A DNA stretch of 63,228 nt, filler included. It is 3 parts of 3 records of this genome, joined end to end, with 100 filler letters (N's around TTAATTAATTAA, not from the genome) between each part and the next. Parts side by side here need not be neighbours in the genome. Positions count along the whole stretch, not along the records: positions 30,699 to 52,396 come from SRR22947727_1898; positions 52,497 to 63,228 come from SRR22947727_1907; 1 more part is not named here. One strand, written 5' to 3'. The position numbers and the translations under genes are program-made. The notes beneath the pieces were generated by a model, which was not told the DNA's origin, did no database searches, and was given only the letters and a program-made list of their open reading frames with translations. Positions 43,995 through 54,923 of the stretch are shown here, one piece after another. Position 1 is the stretch's first letter. The number at the start of each line of letters is the position of its first letter.

Positions 43995-44653
43995 CAGGCG
44001 CGCTCCTCAGCTGGTGTGTGGTGTGCAATTTTGAATTCAGACACCTCTACCTGCTCTGTATTCACCGCTCTAATGGCCCAAATCAACAGGCCGATCAGGA
44101 AGAACGCGCTCGGCGGCAACAGCAATAATCCATTTGCTTGGTACCAGCCTCCCTCGGTGACTAATGGGAGTATTTCGAAACCAAATAATTTGCCCGTACC
44201 AAACAACTCACGCACGGTCGCGACGGCCAGTAATACGAAGGAATAGCCCAGTCCATTTCCGACGCCATCAATAAAACTGGGCACGGGGGGATTCTTCATT
44301 GCAAACGCTTCAGCTCTGCCCATGACAATGCAGTTTGTAATAATCAGACCGACAAAAACTGACAGCTGTTTAGAGATGTCGTAGGCAACGGCTTTCAGTA
44401 CCTGATCCACCACAATCACCAACGACGCAATGATGGTCATCTGCACAATAATGCGAATGCTGGAGGGAATGTAGCGGCGAATACTTGAGATGAAAAAGCT
44501 CGAAAACGCAGTCACGAGCGTCAGTGCAATACACATCACCACAGTCACCTTCAGTGAGGTGGTCACCGCTAGCGCAGAACAGATACCCAAAATCTGCAGT
44601 GCGATGGGATTGTTTTTGAAAATAGGGTCCGCCAATGTATCGCGAATCGTCAT
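43994..44653 (-). CDS. nqrD: Na+-NQR subunit D
   Basis: [33 protein letters not shown]. Confidence 0.96.
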   Translation of the reverse strand: MTIRDTLADPIFKNNPIALQILGICSALAVTTSLKVTVVMCIALTLVTAFSSFFISSIRRYIPSSIRIIVQMTIIASLVIVVDQVLKAVAYDISKQLSVFVGLIITNCIVMGRAEAFAMKNPPVPSFIDGVGNGLGYSFVLLAVATVRELFGTGKLFGFEILPLVTEGGWYQANGLLLLPPSAFFLIGLLIWAIRAVNTEQVEVSEFKIAHHTPAEERA

Positions 44654-45429
44654 GACACCTCTCCTTGTCGAAGGTTATCAAGCAGCGGCTTGAACCCCTC
44701 TTCGCCAAGCCAATATTTCACTAAGTTGTCGACCCCTTTGGTCGTCAACGTCGCCCCAGACAAGCCATCCACCTGCCACTGGGCTTGAGCTGACCCCGCG
44801 CGAACGGAGCCCTTCAGCACCTCAATCGCCACCTCGTTACCCTGATACACCAACTTACCGGGCCAGATCGACTTCCACCGAGGGTTGTCCACTTCTCCGC
44901 CCAATCCAGGGGTTTCACCGTGCTCATAAAATCCAAGGCCCGCAATGGTATTACCATCTGACTCCAGCGCCATAAATCCGTAAAGCGTGCTCCACAGGCC
45001 ATAGCCTCGGATCGGCAAAATAATCTTATCCAGCTCACCGCGATCGGTGCGCACTAAATAAACCAGCGCCTGATCCTCGCGCCGCACCAACTTAGCCGCA
45101 TCTTTATCGTTAGGGATTGCCCGGGACTGAGCAGGATCTTTAGCCGCCTCTCGCTGGTCAAAACTTGCGGGATCGACGCCCTCGACAAATTGTCCTGCGT
45201 CTAAATTGACGATCCGCGTTTCTACCTGTTCAAACTGCTCTTCCACCGATCGCGAGGGATCTAACAGCCCAGCCGCCATCAGGATGTTTCGCTTGAGATC
45301 GAGTGTTTTATTCGCCTGTTGGGCGGGTTTGAGGAGCACCGCTGCCGTGGACACTACGATAGAACAGACCAGGCATAACCCAAGCGCCACCGTCAAAACA
45401 CGTCCGAGCCCTTCTCCATTAGCTGACAC
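44650..45429 (-). CDS. nqrC: Na+-NQR subunit C
   Basis: [29 protein letters not shown] site. Confidence 0.96.
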   Translation of the reverse strand: MSANGEGLGRVLTVALGLCLVCSIVVSTAAVLLKPAQQANKTLDLKRNILMAAGLLDPSRSVEEQFEQVETRIVNLDAGQFVEGVDPASFDQREAAKDPAQSRAIPNDKDAAKLVRREDQALVYLVRTDRGELDKIILPIRGYGLWSTLYGFMALESDGNTIAGLGFYEHGETPGLGGEVDNPRWKSIWPGKLVYQGNEVAIEVLKGSVRAGSAQAQWQVDGLSGATLTTKGVDNLVKYWLGEEGFKPLLDNLRQGEVS

Positions 45430-46618
45430 GGGCAGCCCTCCTCTTCATGTTGGCACTCACGACAAAGTGGTCAAATAGTGGGGCGAAAAGATTGGCAAAC
45501 AGAATTGCCAGCATCATCCCCTCGGGAAAAGCCGGATTCACCACCCTAATCAGCACACACATCACACCAATCAGAATTCCATAGGCCCATCGACCCGAAT
45601 TGGTCATCGCTGAGGAAACAGGATCGGTCGCCATAAAGAAGGCGCCAAATGCGAATCCCCCTACCACCATATGCCAATGCCAAGGCATCGCAAAAGCGGG
45701 ATTAGAGTCGGAGCCCACCCCATTTAACAACAAACTGAAGCCAATGAGGCCCGCAAAACAGCCCGCTACCACACGCCAAGAAGCGATGCCTTGCACCAAC
45801 AGAAACGCACCACCGATCATAATCATGAGCGTTGAGGTCTCCCCTATTGAGCCGGGAATGGTGCCAATAAAAGCATCCCACCAGGTGTAGGCCTGCGTCA
45901 GACCGGCCATGCCCTCTTGCGCAACCACACCCAGCGGCGTCGCCCCGGAATACCCATCCACCGCCGTCCAAACGGCATCGCCAGAAATCTGCGCCGGGTA
46001 GGCGAAATACAAAAAGGCGCGTCCGGTGAGGGCGGGATTCAAAAAGTTTTTGCCGGTGCCACCAAAGACTTCTTTGCCAATCACTACGCCAAAGCTAATG
46101 CCCATTGCCGCTTGCCACAGCGGAAGATCTGGCGGCAACGTCAAAGTGAATAAAATAGAGGTGACAAAGAAGCCTTCATTCACTTCGTGACCACGACGCA
46201 TCGCGAAAAGAACTTCCCAAAAACCACCGACAATAAAGGTCACGAGGTAAAGCGGTAAAAAGTGCACGAGGCCGTACAGCATGTTGTGCCAGCCGTTCGC
46301 GGGATCGTGTCCGCCTAGTGCGGCCACCAAGCCACCACGCCACCCGTCCAACACTCCGCCGGACAGCGCCAAGACATCATTGGCCTGTAATCCGAGGTTA
46401 TACATTCCGTAGAACATAGCGGGGAATGTCGCAAACCATACCGTGATCATAATGCGCTTGAGATCGACCCCATCACGCACATGCGCATTAGCCCGCGTCA
46501 CGCTATTGGGTGAGTAAAAAATGGTATCGACCGCCTCATACAAGGCATACCACTTCTCTAAACGGCCTCCTGGCTTGAAGTGAGGCTCCATCGCATCTAA
46601 CTGTTGTCGCAGTCCCAT
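45419..46618 (-). CDS. nqrB: Na+-NQR subunit B
   Basis: [33 protein letters not shown] site, FMATDPVS. Confidence 0.96.
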   Translation of the reverse strand: MGLRQQLDAMEPHFKPGGRLEKWYALYEAVDTIFYSPNSVTRANAHVRDGVDLKRIMITVWFATFPAMFYGMYNLGLQANDVLALSGGVLDGWRGGLVAALGGHDPANGWHNMLYGLVHFLPLYLVTFIVGGFWEVLFAMRRGHEVNEGFFVTSILFTLTLPPDLPLWQAAMGISFGVVIGKEVFGGTGKNFLNPALTGRAFLYFAYPAQISGDAVWTAVDGYSGATPLGVVAQEGMAGLTQAYTWWDAFIGTIPGSIGETSTLMIMIGGAFLLVQGIASWRVVAGCFAGLIGFSLLLNGVGSDSNPAFAMPWHWHMVVGGFAFGAFFMATDPVSSAMTNSGRWAYGILIGVMCVLIRVVNPAFPEGMMLAILFANLFAPLFDHFVVSANMKRRAARVS

Positions 46619-46621
46619 GTC

Positions 46622-47965
46622 TTAGCCCTCTTTTTCGATGCGCGTCAGGTTGTCGCGGAGAATGCCGCCATACTCATACTTACCCGGACAAACATAGGTG
46701 CATAGCGCAACATCTTCCTCATCTAATTCAAGACACCCCAGCGCCTGAGCGGTCTCCGTATCGCCGACCAGCAATGCTCGTAATAATTGCGTTGGGAGAA
46801 TGTCGAGTGGCATTACTTTCTCGTAGGCGCCCACAGGAACCATCGCTCTCTCTGAACCATTGGTCGACGTCGACATCGCCAGAGGCTTGGTGCCGAACCA
46901 ACTAGATAGGTAGATGCCCAGCACCGAATGCTTTCGGCGCCCCAGAGACAGCCACCCCATAAAGGGTCGTTCTCTGCCCTCGGGCAAGAGGGCCACCTGC
47001 TGGTGATACCTACCCAAATAAGCCGTACCGCTCTGCACTGCGCGTCCCCCCAGGACTGATCCTGAGAGCAACCGTGCGTCCGCATCCGTCTGCTCACCCG
47101 CAACCAGCGCCTGTAAATCCGCGCCGACTCGGCTGATAATCAAGCGTGGCCGACTGACCGAGGGCCCCGCAAGCGATATCACTCTGTCCGTGTACAGCGC
47201 ACCGTCGAGGAACAAGCGTCCGATGGCGATGACATCTTGGTATCCCACCGTCCAGGCAATCCTCTCTAACGATGCACCCATCAAAAAATGCACATGGGTT
47301 CCCACCAAGCCCGCTGGGTGTGGCCCACTAAAGTCATGCCGCGTTAGCCGCGCATGCTGGCTTTGTGGCATATCCGCGCCAGGTGCCGCACACAGATAAA
47401 CAGGGCACTCGACCATCGCGGCCAATAACTCCTGACCTAGCAGAAAAGCATCCGGCTCTCTCGCAATGGCGATCTCAGGATCCGGTGCATGCGGGTGGGT
47501 ATCAATCGCCGTAATAAAAAGCCCCTTCGGCGAAGTCTGTGGATCTGCGACCCGACCGAAAGGTCGCGCTCTGAGTGAGGTCCACTGACCCGACTCCAAC
47601 AACCGCGCCTTGATGGCAGCGGGCGTGAGTGCACGTGCCTGCTCCGCTGAATGACGCTCAAAAGGTACTGCCTCATCCCCCTCAATCTCGACCACGACCG
47701 ACTCGAACACGCGCTTCGCGCCGCGGTTAACTGCCGCGACCCGACCACCCGCTGGCGAGGTATACCTGACGCCTTCGCACTTTTTGTCCGTAAATAATAA
47801 ATCGCCGCGCTTGACGACATCGCCCGCCTGCACCGCCATCGTGGGTTTCATGCCCGGGTAGTCATCTCCGAGTAGCGCGACCGCTCGAACAGTCACCGAC
47901 TGATCCAGCTCGCTTGCCGGGGCGCCAGCAAGGGGGATACTTAAACCTTTCTGAATTTTTATCAT
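46622..47965 (-). CDS. nqrA: Na+-NQR subunit A
   Basis: MIKI.KGL, GMKP.M.V, GPHPAG, LSGSVL.G, ELDEED.ALC..VCP.K. Confidence 0.96.
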   Translation of the reverse strand: MIKIQKGLSIPLAGAPASELDQSVTVRAVALLGDDYPGMKPTMAVQAGDVVKRGDLLFTDKKCEGVRYTSPAGGRVAAVNRGAKRVFESVVVEIEGDEAVPFERHSAEQARALTPAAIKARLLESGQWTSLRARPFGRVADPQTSPKGLFITAIDTHPHAPDPEIAIAREPDAFLLGQELLAAMVECPVYLCAAPGADMPQSQHARLTRHDFSGPHPAGLVGTHVHFLMGASLERIAWTVGYQDVIAIGRLFLDGALYTDRVISLAGPSVSRPRLIISRVGADLQALVAGEQTDADARLLSGSVLGGRAVQSGTAYLGRYHQQVALLPEGRERPFMGWLSLGRRKHSVLGIYLSSWFGTKPLAMSTSTNGSERAMVPVGAYEKVMPLDILPTQLLRALLVGDTETAQALGCLELDEEDVALCTYVCPGKYEYGGILRDNLTRIEKEG

Positions 47966-48239
47966 GTCAGTGCTCATCTGTCTTTCCACCAAATATGTAG
48001 CGCACGATCTTTCTGCCGCGGCATAAAAGCCTTCGCCTCACGCTCGCCGCTGACACTGTCGTATTCGGGGAAACACCCCCCCAGACTGTAATAATGGTAC
48101 TGCAGACCGGGGGCTTCTTAAGGCCGGGCCCGTAGGGCTCTAAACGGTCGCCCGTATTCTATTCGACTTGGCCACCCAAGGCCAACCCGGGGCATAGATC
48201 CCAGCGTCAAAAGTGCACAAACAGCGCCGATCATTGGTT

Positions 48240-49724
48240 TTAAAGAGGATAAGGGCCCTTCTCGGGATACGTCTGATAGCGAATACCTGCCATACGCTCA
48301 AGAATCCGGTACACCTGACAGCTATACCCATATTCATTGTCATACCAGAGATACAGCACCGCCTGCGTGCCGCTGACGATTGTCGCTTTGGCATCAAAGA
48401 CACAGGCAGCGCGCGAGCCGACAAAATCGCTCGACACCACCTCTGGGGAATCGGAATAATCGATTTGCTTTTTCATGCTCGAATGCAGAGCGATGTCCCG
48501 CATAAATTCGTTGACTGCCTCGCGTGTGGTGCTTTGCTTCAGCGTCAGATTCAAAATCGCCATTGATACATTAGGCGTGGGCACGCGAATCGCGTTACCG
48601 GTCAACTTGCCCTCTAGTTGCGGGAGCACTTTGGCAACCGCTTTAGCGGCCCCTGTCTCAGTTAACACCATATTGAGCGGCGCACTGCGCCCTCGTCGCT
48701 CAGCCTTGTGATAATTGTCGATCAAGTTTTGATCATTGGTATACGCATGCACCGTCTCGACATGACCCGCCGTAATCCCGTATTCGTCGTCGGCGGCCTT
48801 GAGCACGGGCACAATGGCATTGGTGGTACAGGACGCCGCAGAGATCACCGTGTCTGTCTCCTCGATGGCGCTCTCATTAATGCCCGCAACAATATTCTTC
48901 ACATCACCCTTGCCCGGGGCCGTTAAGATGACCTTGGCGACGCCTTTGGCCGCTAAGTGCCGTGACAATCCCGCTTTATCGCGCCATACGCCCGTATTAT
49001 CGACGACGATGCCGTCCTGAATACCGTACTGGGTGTAGTCGATGTCCTCTGGCGCGTCTGCGTAAATCACCTTGACTTCGTTTCCATTGGCAATGAAGGA
49101 TTGGCGCTCTTCATCGACCCGAATGGTGCCCTTGAAGACGCCATGAACCGAGTCTCTTCGCAACAAACTCGCTCGTTTCAATAAATCGTCTTCGGCACCG
49201 CCTTTGCGCACCACGATGGCTCGCAGACGCAAGCTGTCGCCGCCATCGGTCTTGGCAATCAGAATCCGCGCCATCAATCGGCCTATACGGCCAAAGCCGT
49301 ATAAAATGACATCGACGGGCTTATCAACGGGCTTCTGCGTCGCACCCATCAAATAGGCGAGTTCTTGGGCACAATATTCTTCAATGGAGAGGCCCTCTCC
49401 CGCACCTTTATCGTAGTACGCAACGGCAAGCCGCCCGATATCGAGGTGACAGGGGCCAAGATCGAGCTGACTGACCGCATTTAATACCGGAGCAGTCTCG
49501 AATTCGGATAATTCATTGGCTTCAATCTGACGCACCCAGCGGTGCGTCTTCATGATGTCGAGAACCGACTCGTTCACAAGGGAGCGCCCGTAAATGTAGC
49601 ATTTGACATTGCGTTCACGAGATAGGCCACCCACGATCGGAATCATGGCTTCCGCTAGTGCCTCGCGCTCCTTCCAATCAGAAAAATAATCGCCAGGGCG
49701 GGGTCGCTTGCGTTGTTCTGTCAC
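48240..49724 (-). CDS. gap: glyceraldehyde-3-phosphate dehydrogenase, long type with N-terminal extension
   Basis: YGFGRIGR, ASCTTN, NAIRVPT, WYDNE; about 130-aa N-terminal extension as in the gammaproteobacterial paralog found next to nqrA and mfd. Confidence 0.93.
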   Translation of the reverse strand: MTEQRKRPRPGDYFSDWKEREALAEAMIPIVGGLSRERNVKCYIYGRSLVNESVLDIMKTHRWVRQIEANELSEFETAPVLNAVSQLDLGPCHLDIGRLAVAYYDKGAGEGLSIEEYCAQELAYLMGATQKPVDKPVDVILYGFGRIGRLMARILIAKTDGGDSLRLRAIVVRKGGAEDDLLKRASLLRRDSVHGVFKGTIRVDEERQSFIANGNEVKVIYADAPEDIDYTQYGIQDGIVVDNTGVWRDKAGLSRHLAAKGVAKVILTAPGKGDVKNIVAGINESAIEETDTVISAASCTTNAIVPVLKAADDEYGITAGHVETVHAYTNDQNLIDNYHKAERRGRSAPLNMVLTETGAAKAVAKVLPQLEGKLTGNAIRVPTPNVSMAILNLTLKQSTTREAVNEFMRDIALHSSMKKQIDYSDSPEVVSSDFVGSRAACVFDAKATIVSGTQAVLYLWYDNEYGYSCQVYRILERMAGIRYQTYPEKGPYPL

Positions 49725-49925
49725 AGGGGATCCTCTTGTTGTGATGCCACCCGCGAGGGATGGCGCTTTGGCCTAGCTCTAACCGTCCATCGACGGTTAG
49801 AGTGCAGTGTCGCTCGGCATTATCGGAGTTGCAGGCCTGCCGAGGCAACCTTTTAACGCACTATTTCGGTGGTGACTGGACGCTCGGGTGCCTACAATAC
49901 CCCTCTCTACCCTGTGACCCTTTGC

Positions 49926-52396
49926 ATGTTTACCCAACTCCTCAGTGACACACCCTGGCCTGGCAAGGTCGGCACTCGCACTGCTTTAGGCCCCATGCCG
50001 GGCGCTGGCAGCACAGCGGCCGTCGCGGAGCTGGTAAGCTTAGGCAGGCCGCTGATCGTCATCGTCGCCAGTTCTGCAGAGGCGCAAACACTTGAGCGAG
50101 AGTTACCGCTTTTCTTGGCCACCGACGTCCCCGTATTAACACTGCCCGATTGGGAAACACTCCCCTACGATCATTTTTCGCCGCACCAAGATATCGTGTC
50201 GCAGCGACTGCGAACCTTCTTCGAGTTGCCACAGTTAACCGATGGCATCGTGATCCTACCGATCACCACCGCCATGCTCAGGACGCCGCCTCAATACTAT
50301 ATTGAAGGCAATACGCTAGACCTGAGCGTCGGGCAAACTTTTGATTCAGAAGCCTTCGCCACCCGGCTAACCTTAAACGGCTATCGAGCGGTTGATACGG
50401 TCTTCGAGCATGGCGAGTTCGCCGTCCGAGGTGCGCTGCTCGATGTCTTTCCAATGGGCAGCGAGTCGCCTTATCGTATTGACTTACTCGACGATGAAGT
50501 CGAGACCCTGCGCACCTTTGATCCCGATACGCAGCGCACTATCAATCGCGTTGAACAGATCAAGCTGATGCCCGCCAGAGAATTCCCAATGAGCCGCGAC
50601 GCCATCCATCGTTTCCAGATGGCTTGGTACGAGGCGTTTGAGGGTGACGCCGATCTGTGCCCCGCATTCACTGAAATTAGCGCAGGCCGGGTGCCCGGCG
50701 GGGCAGAATGCTATCTCCCGTTATTTTTTGAACAATGCGGAACCGTCTTTGATTATCTTCCAGCCGATACGGCCATGGTGCTCCTCGGTGACCATTACAG
50801 CGCTGCGCAGCGCTACTGGACTGAAATCACCAGTCGCTTTGAAGAATACGGAATTGATCCGCGACGACCACTGCTACCACCTCAACGCGGCTTCGTTTCC
50901 GTAGAAGAAATTTATGCGGCACTGGGTGCGTATTCGGTGCTCGAGCTCAAGCCCGACGATCGCTCACCCGCGCATGTGCGGACCAACCTCAAAATACCAC
51001 CATTGCTGGTCAGCGATGACGGGGCGGGAGGAAGCTATCAGCAAAAGTTAGTGCGGTTCATCAGTGATCATCAAGGTCCTCTGCTGCTCTGCGCCGAGAG
51101 TGCGGGTCGGCGCGAGATCTTGCTGGAAACGCTCGCGAAAGTGGACCTGACCCCCACCGCGGTCGACAACTGGCCTGAATTCGTGGCGACTGGCGTCCTG
51201 TTTGGCATCAGCACCGCACCGGTCGATCGAGGACTTTACAGCGGTCCGGGGCAGCCCATGCTCTTGTCCGAAGCACAGATATTTGGTCAGCGCGTCGCGC
51301 AACGACGGCGCCGGCATAAGCGAATCGAAACAGATGCTGATGCCATCATCCGAGACCTGACTGAACTGCGGCAGGGTCTGCCGGTGGTTCACATTGAGCA
51401 CGGAGTGGGTCGCTACCTGGGCCTGCAAGTCCTGCAAATTGACGGTGATGATGCTGAGTTTTTGCTGCTCGAATATGCCGAGGGCAACAAACTGTATGTG
51501 CCAGTGAGCTCACTGCAGCTGATCAGTCGATACACCGCCGGCGACCCCGACACCGCGCCCCTTCATCGACTCGGTACTGAGCAGTGGGAAAAAGCCCGTC
51601 GAAAAGCCCGTGAGCGCGCGGCCGACGTGGCCGCACAGTTACTGGATGTCTATGCGCGGAGAGAAGCACGGAAAGGGCATGCCCACTCATTAGACGAGAC
51701 CAAGTGGGAACAATTTTGCGCCGCTTTCCCGTTCGAAGAAACGCCAGATCAAGCCGCTGCCATTGATGCCGTCCGCAACGATATGTGCGCGCCGCAGGTA
51801 ATGGATCGACTCGTTTGCGGCGATGTCGGCTTTGGCAAAACCGAGGTCGCCATGCGTGCCGCGTTTATCGCCGCACAAAATGGACGCCAAACCGCCGTGT
51901 TAGTTCCGACGACATTACTGGCTAATCAACATCATACGAATTTTCGTGATCGCTTTGCCAGTTGGCCCTACTCGGTAGAGGTCGTATCGCGCTTTCAGTC
52001 AGCGAAGGATCTTCGCGATATCGTCGATCGCGTTAGCGCAGGCAAAATTGATATTCTTGTGGGGACGCATAAGCTCCTGCAAAGCGACTTTGGTTTCCAC
52101 GATCTCGGTTTGCTCATCATCGATGAGGAGCACCGCTTCGGTGTCAAACAGAAAGAAGCGATCAAAGCACTCCGTGCTGAGGTCGACATCCTGACAATGA
52201 CCGCAACCCCCATCCCCCGAACACTCAACATGGCGCTCGGCGGCTTGCGAGATCTGTCGATCATTGCCACGCCACCGGCACGACGGTTATCCATCAAAAC
52301 CTTTATCAAAGAGCACAGCATTGCCCTGATCAAAGAGGCCGTGTTGCGCGAGACGCTGCGTGGCGGCCAAGTGTTCTATCTACATAACGAAGTCAA
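49926..52396 (+). CDS. mfd: transcription-repair coupling factor (3' end cut by contig end)
   Basis: PDWETLPYD, GEFAVRG, VVH..HG.GRY, CGDVGFGKTEVA, DEEHRFG, TATPIPRTL. Confidence 0.97.
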
Positions 52397-52496
52397 NNNN
52401 NNNNNNNNNNNNNNNNNNNNNNNNNNNNNNNNNNNNNNNNTTAATTAATTAANNNNNNNNNNNNNNNNNNNNNNNNNNNNNNNNNNNNNNNNNNNN
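52397..52496. other. artificial contig linker
   Basis: 44 N + TTAATTAATTAA + 44 N; composition drops to AT-rich alphaproteobacterial-like sequence. Confidence 0.97.
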
Positions 52497-52560
52497 TTTC
52501 TGTTCTTAATACATAAATAAAAAACATCTCTGGAGCCGCTTGCAAGGCAAGGTTAAAAAA

Positions 52561-52639
52561 GTAAGCTGTGTCCGTTGGTAGAGAAATTAGGATATACCAT
52601 GCTCCATTCAATTTCTTAATCAAAAGACTTACGGCTTAC
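52561..52639. repeat. 79-bp imperfect inverted repeat/hairpin at the integrase breakpoint
   Basis: GTAAGCTGT...ACGGCTTAC termini with internal GTC/GAC, TTGGT/ATCAA and AGAAATT/AATTTCT pairs. Confidence 0.6.
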
Positions 52640-53050
52640 AGTGGCGTCCACTAGATATCTTACAGACCGCTGAACCCCTGAAGCAAAGGTCGAAGATCGA
52701 TTGGCGCCCTTCATGAACACATAAGTCTGAGTAGCCTCAGAAAGCCGTGGAGCATCTGTCGTAGAGTTGTCTGCAGTCATAGGACCGTTCGTAGGGCTGA
52801 GCCGTTGATCTGTCTCAAAGTATGTCCATAGACATTGACTGATGTCTCTACGCTTCAAGACCGCCCACTGATCCTCCAACTGTGAGCTGAGGATAATCGA
52901 ATATCGAGCAGCTTGATGTCTAGAGGATGTATGTAGGCAGACCTCGATACGATCTCTTGAGCAGTGCCTTTGAAGGCGCTTGGGAACTCTACGGGAGAAG
53001 TAATAGGTATTCCCTTTGAGTTTCAAATAATGTGCGTTTTGGTGGCCCAC
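52616..53050 (-). pseudogene. truncated tyrosine integrase (DUF6538-like N-terminal domain plus start of core-binding domain)
   Basis: YL..KG.TYYF.RRVP..L...I..CLHT.S...A motif and PRLSEA..Y...KG..R..TF; stops before any catalytic domain. Confidence 0.75.
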
Positions 53051-53125
53051 GCGGTGGTCTCCCCAGATAACCCGACAAGGATATCGTTGGAAAACAGTGG
53101 GTTAGCTTGAGATTAACTGAGGAAG

Positions 53126-53326
53126 TGGCGCTGTGCTGAGTGTTGAAAGCTCCCTGCTCTCGCAAATTTCCCTGTTAACAGGGAAATAAACAGGGAAAAT
53201 CAACAAAAATGGCTTCTAATTATCACTCAAAGCCCAAGGTTTGTTGGCTAATGAGGATTGTGCCTTCAAATTTAACAGGGAATTTAAATCGTAAGAACAG
53301 CGAAATACTGCGTTCCAAACAACAAA
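53126..53326. mobile_element. probable end/attachment region of an integrative element: palindrome plus iterated AACAGGGAA
   Basis: Perfect 22-bp palindrome ATTTCCCTGTTAACAGGGAAAT (53166-53187); AACAGGGAA again at 53189 and 53274, AACAGCGAA at 53296. Confidence 0.6.
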
Positions 53327-53330
53327 AAAG

Positions 53331-54839
53331 TCAAAGTTTAATAACAGATCTACGTATATGTTCACCAACACGCAAAGCTTGAGCGGCAATAGTCAAAGCT
53401 GGATTCAAAGCAGCAGAGGATGGAAAAAAACTACCATCTACCACGTATAAATTTGAATGATCGTGAGAGCGACAAAAAGCATTCAAAGCCGAAGTTTTGG
53501 GGTCATCTCCCATTCTGATTGTACCACTTTGATGCGAGGGCGCATGAATTCCAAAACTATGTTGCAATACGAATGGAAAACCGGCTTTTTCAAAAACTTT
53601 CTTTACATGACGAACAAAACGCTGGTGCGCGGACTTGGCGCCTGGTTTGTACTCAACCTTCACCGCACCGTTTTCGAGAAGTCTCACCCGACTTTCGGAA
53701 TTCGGCAAATCTTCAGACATAACCAAAATATCAACGGAGTGACGCCCCAACCAGTTTGCAAGGAATTTAGGGACGGAAGTATATGCTGATCGGATCATTT
53801 CACCTTTAATATTGCCTAGCATCTGAATGTTGCCTCTTGCGTCAACATCATTAGGGATACCATGGTAAAAATCATTTACTGAAAGGGTTTTAGGAAATTT
53901 TGTGTCATTTCTTTTAAACGGCTTAACACCCATCAAGCCAGTCAGATGATGGTTCATCAAATTTCGTCCGACTATGCCAGATCGGTTTGCAAGGCCATTT
54001 GGAAAATGTTCATTAGAGGATCTCTGCAATATCAAAGCAGAGTTTATAGCACCTGCGCTCAAAACGAATAAAGGCGCCTCTACACGTTTAAGTTCTCCAT
54101 GTTGTAGCATTTCTAAAGCTACTATCTGTTTGCCCTCAAAATCAGTAATTAACTTTAGAACCTTCGCTCCACGTTCCAACCTAACATCTGGATGTTCTAA
54201 AATCGGTTTCAATACTCGTGTTTCTGCATCGCCTTTTGCATCAAACCTGCAGACGAAAGCATCACAACTGCCACAGCGCCGGCACCTACCGCCTGGTCCA
54301 TAATCCACAGCAGAAGGCATATGAAAAGGTTTCAAACCAGCTTTAATAAATTGTTTTTTAAGCTCCTCTATAACAGGTTCATGCGGAATTGGAGGATGTG
54401 TAAAACTATCGCGTTCTGCCTCCGTTGGATCAACCCCCGCCTCACCGCGAACTCCATAAAGGTTTTCGGCAGCTTTATAATAGGGTACAAGGTCTTGATA
54501 AGAAATTGGCCACGCTGGGGACAAGGTTCCATCTATTTGCGTGGCATCAAAATCACTTTCACGAAAGCGAAACATTGCGGTCCCGTAAAACTTCGTATTA
54601 CCTCCAACATAGTAATACTGGCCAGGCCTGAATTGCTTGCCTTCGGCATCCGTCCATTGATCTTGAGTTTTGTAACGGGATTTTAGGAACACTGCGTTTG
54701 GATCACTGTTTTCAGGCTCATTTGGTAAGAAATCACCAAGCTCAAGAATTAATATCTTAGCACCACTTCCAGCCAGTTGATGAGCCACCGCTGAACCACC
54801 CACGCCAGAGCCAATTATCACAATGTCTGCTTTATCCAT
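53331..54839 (-). CDS. GMC family FAD-dependent oxidoreductase
   Basis: IIGSGVGG, VGGNTKFYG, C..CG.CD.F.C, LSAGAINS, VGRNLMNH, HQ.GT.RMG, D.SFFPS...NP.LT. Confidence 0.92.
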   Translation of the reverse strand: MDKADIVIIGSGVGGSAVAHQLAGSGAKILILELGDFLPNEPENSDPNAVFLKSRYKTQDQWTDAEGKQFRPGQYYYVGGNTKFYGTAMFRFRESDFDATQIDGTLSPAWPISYQDLVPYYKAAENLYGVRGEAGVDPTEAERDSFTHPPIPHEPVIEELKKQFIKAGLKPFHMPSAVDYGPGGRCRRCGSCDAFVCRFDAKGDAETRVLKPILEHPDVRLERGAKVLKLITDFEGKQIVALEMLQHGELKRVEAPLFVLSAGAINSALILQRSSNEHFPNGLANRSGIVGRNLMNHHLTGLMGVKPFKRNDTKFPKTLSVNDFYHGIPNDVDARGNIQMLGNIKGEMIRSAYTSVPKFLANWLGRHSVDILVMSEDLPNSESRVRLLENGAVKVEYKPGAKSAHQRFVRHVKKVFEKAGFPFVLQHSFGIHAPSHQSGTIRMGDDPKTSALNAFCRSHDHSNLYVVDGSFFPSSAALNPALTIAAQALRVGEHIRRSVIKL

Positions 54840-54923
54840 AAGATTTGGCCTAAAAAACTAACCTCGAAATTTCTACATCCCAATCCCGAGTATAAACTTA
54901 CCCATCATTTTATCATGCCTGTT

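Noticed and set aside
40838-49724. nqr-apbE-nqrM-gap cluster as a novel system
   Set aside because: It is a well-known conserved gammaproteobacterial arrangement.
52561-52639. Hairpin as an integron attC site
   Set aside because: It lacks RYYYAAC/GTTRRRY ends, and there is no cassette array or IntI.
49926-53050. Integrase apparently inserted into or next to mfd
   Set aside because: They lie on different contigs separated by a linker.
53164-53326. AACAGGGAA repeats as a CRISPR array
   Set aside because: The repeats are only about 9-12 bp, with irregular spacing and mixed orientation, and there are no cas genes.
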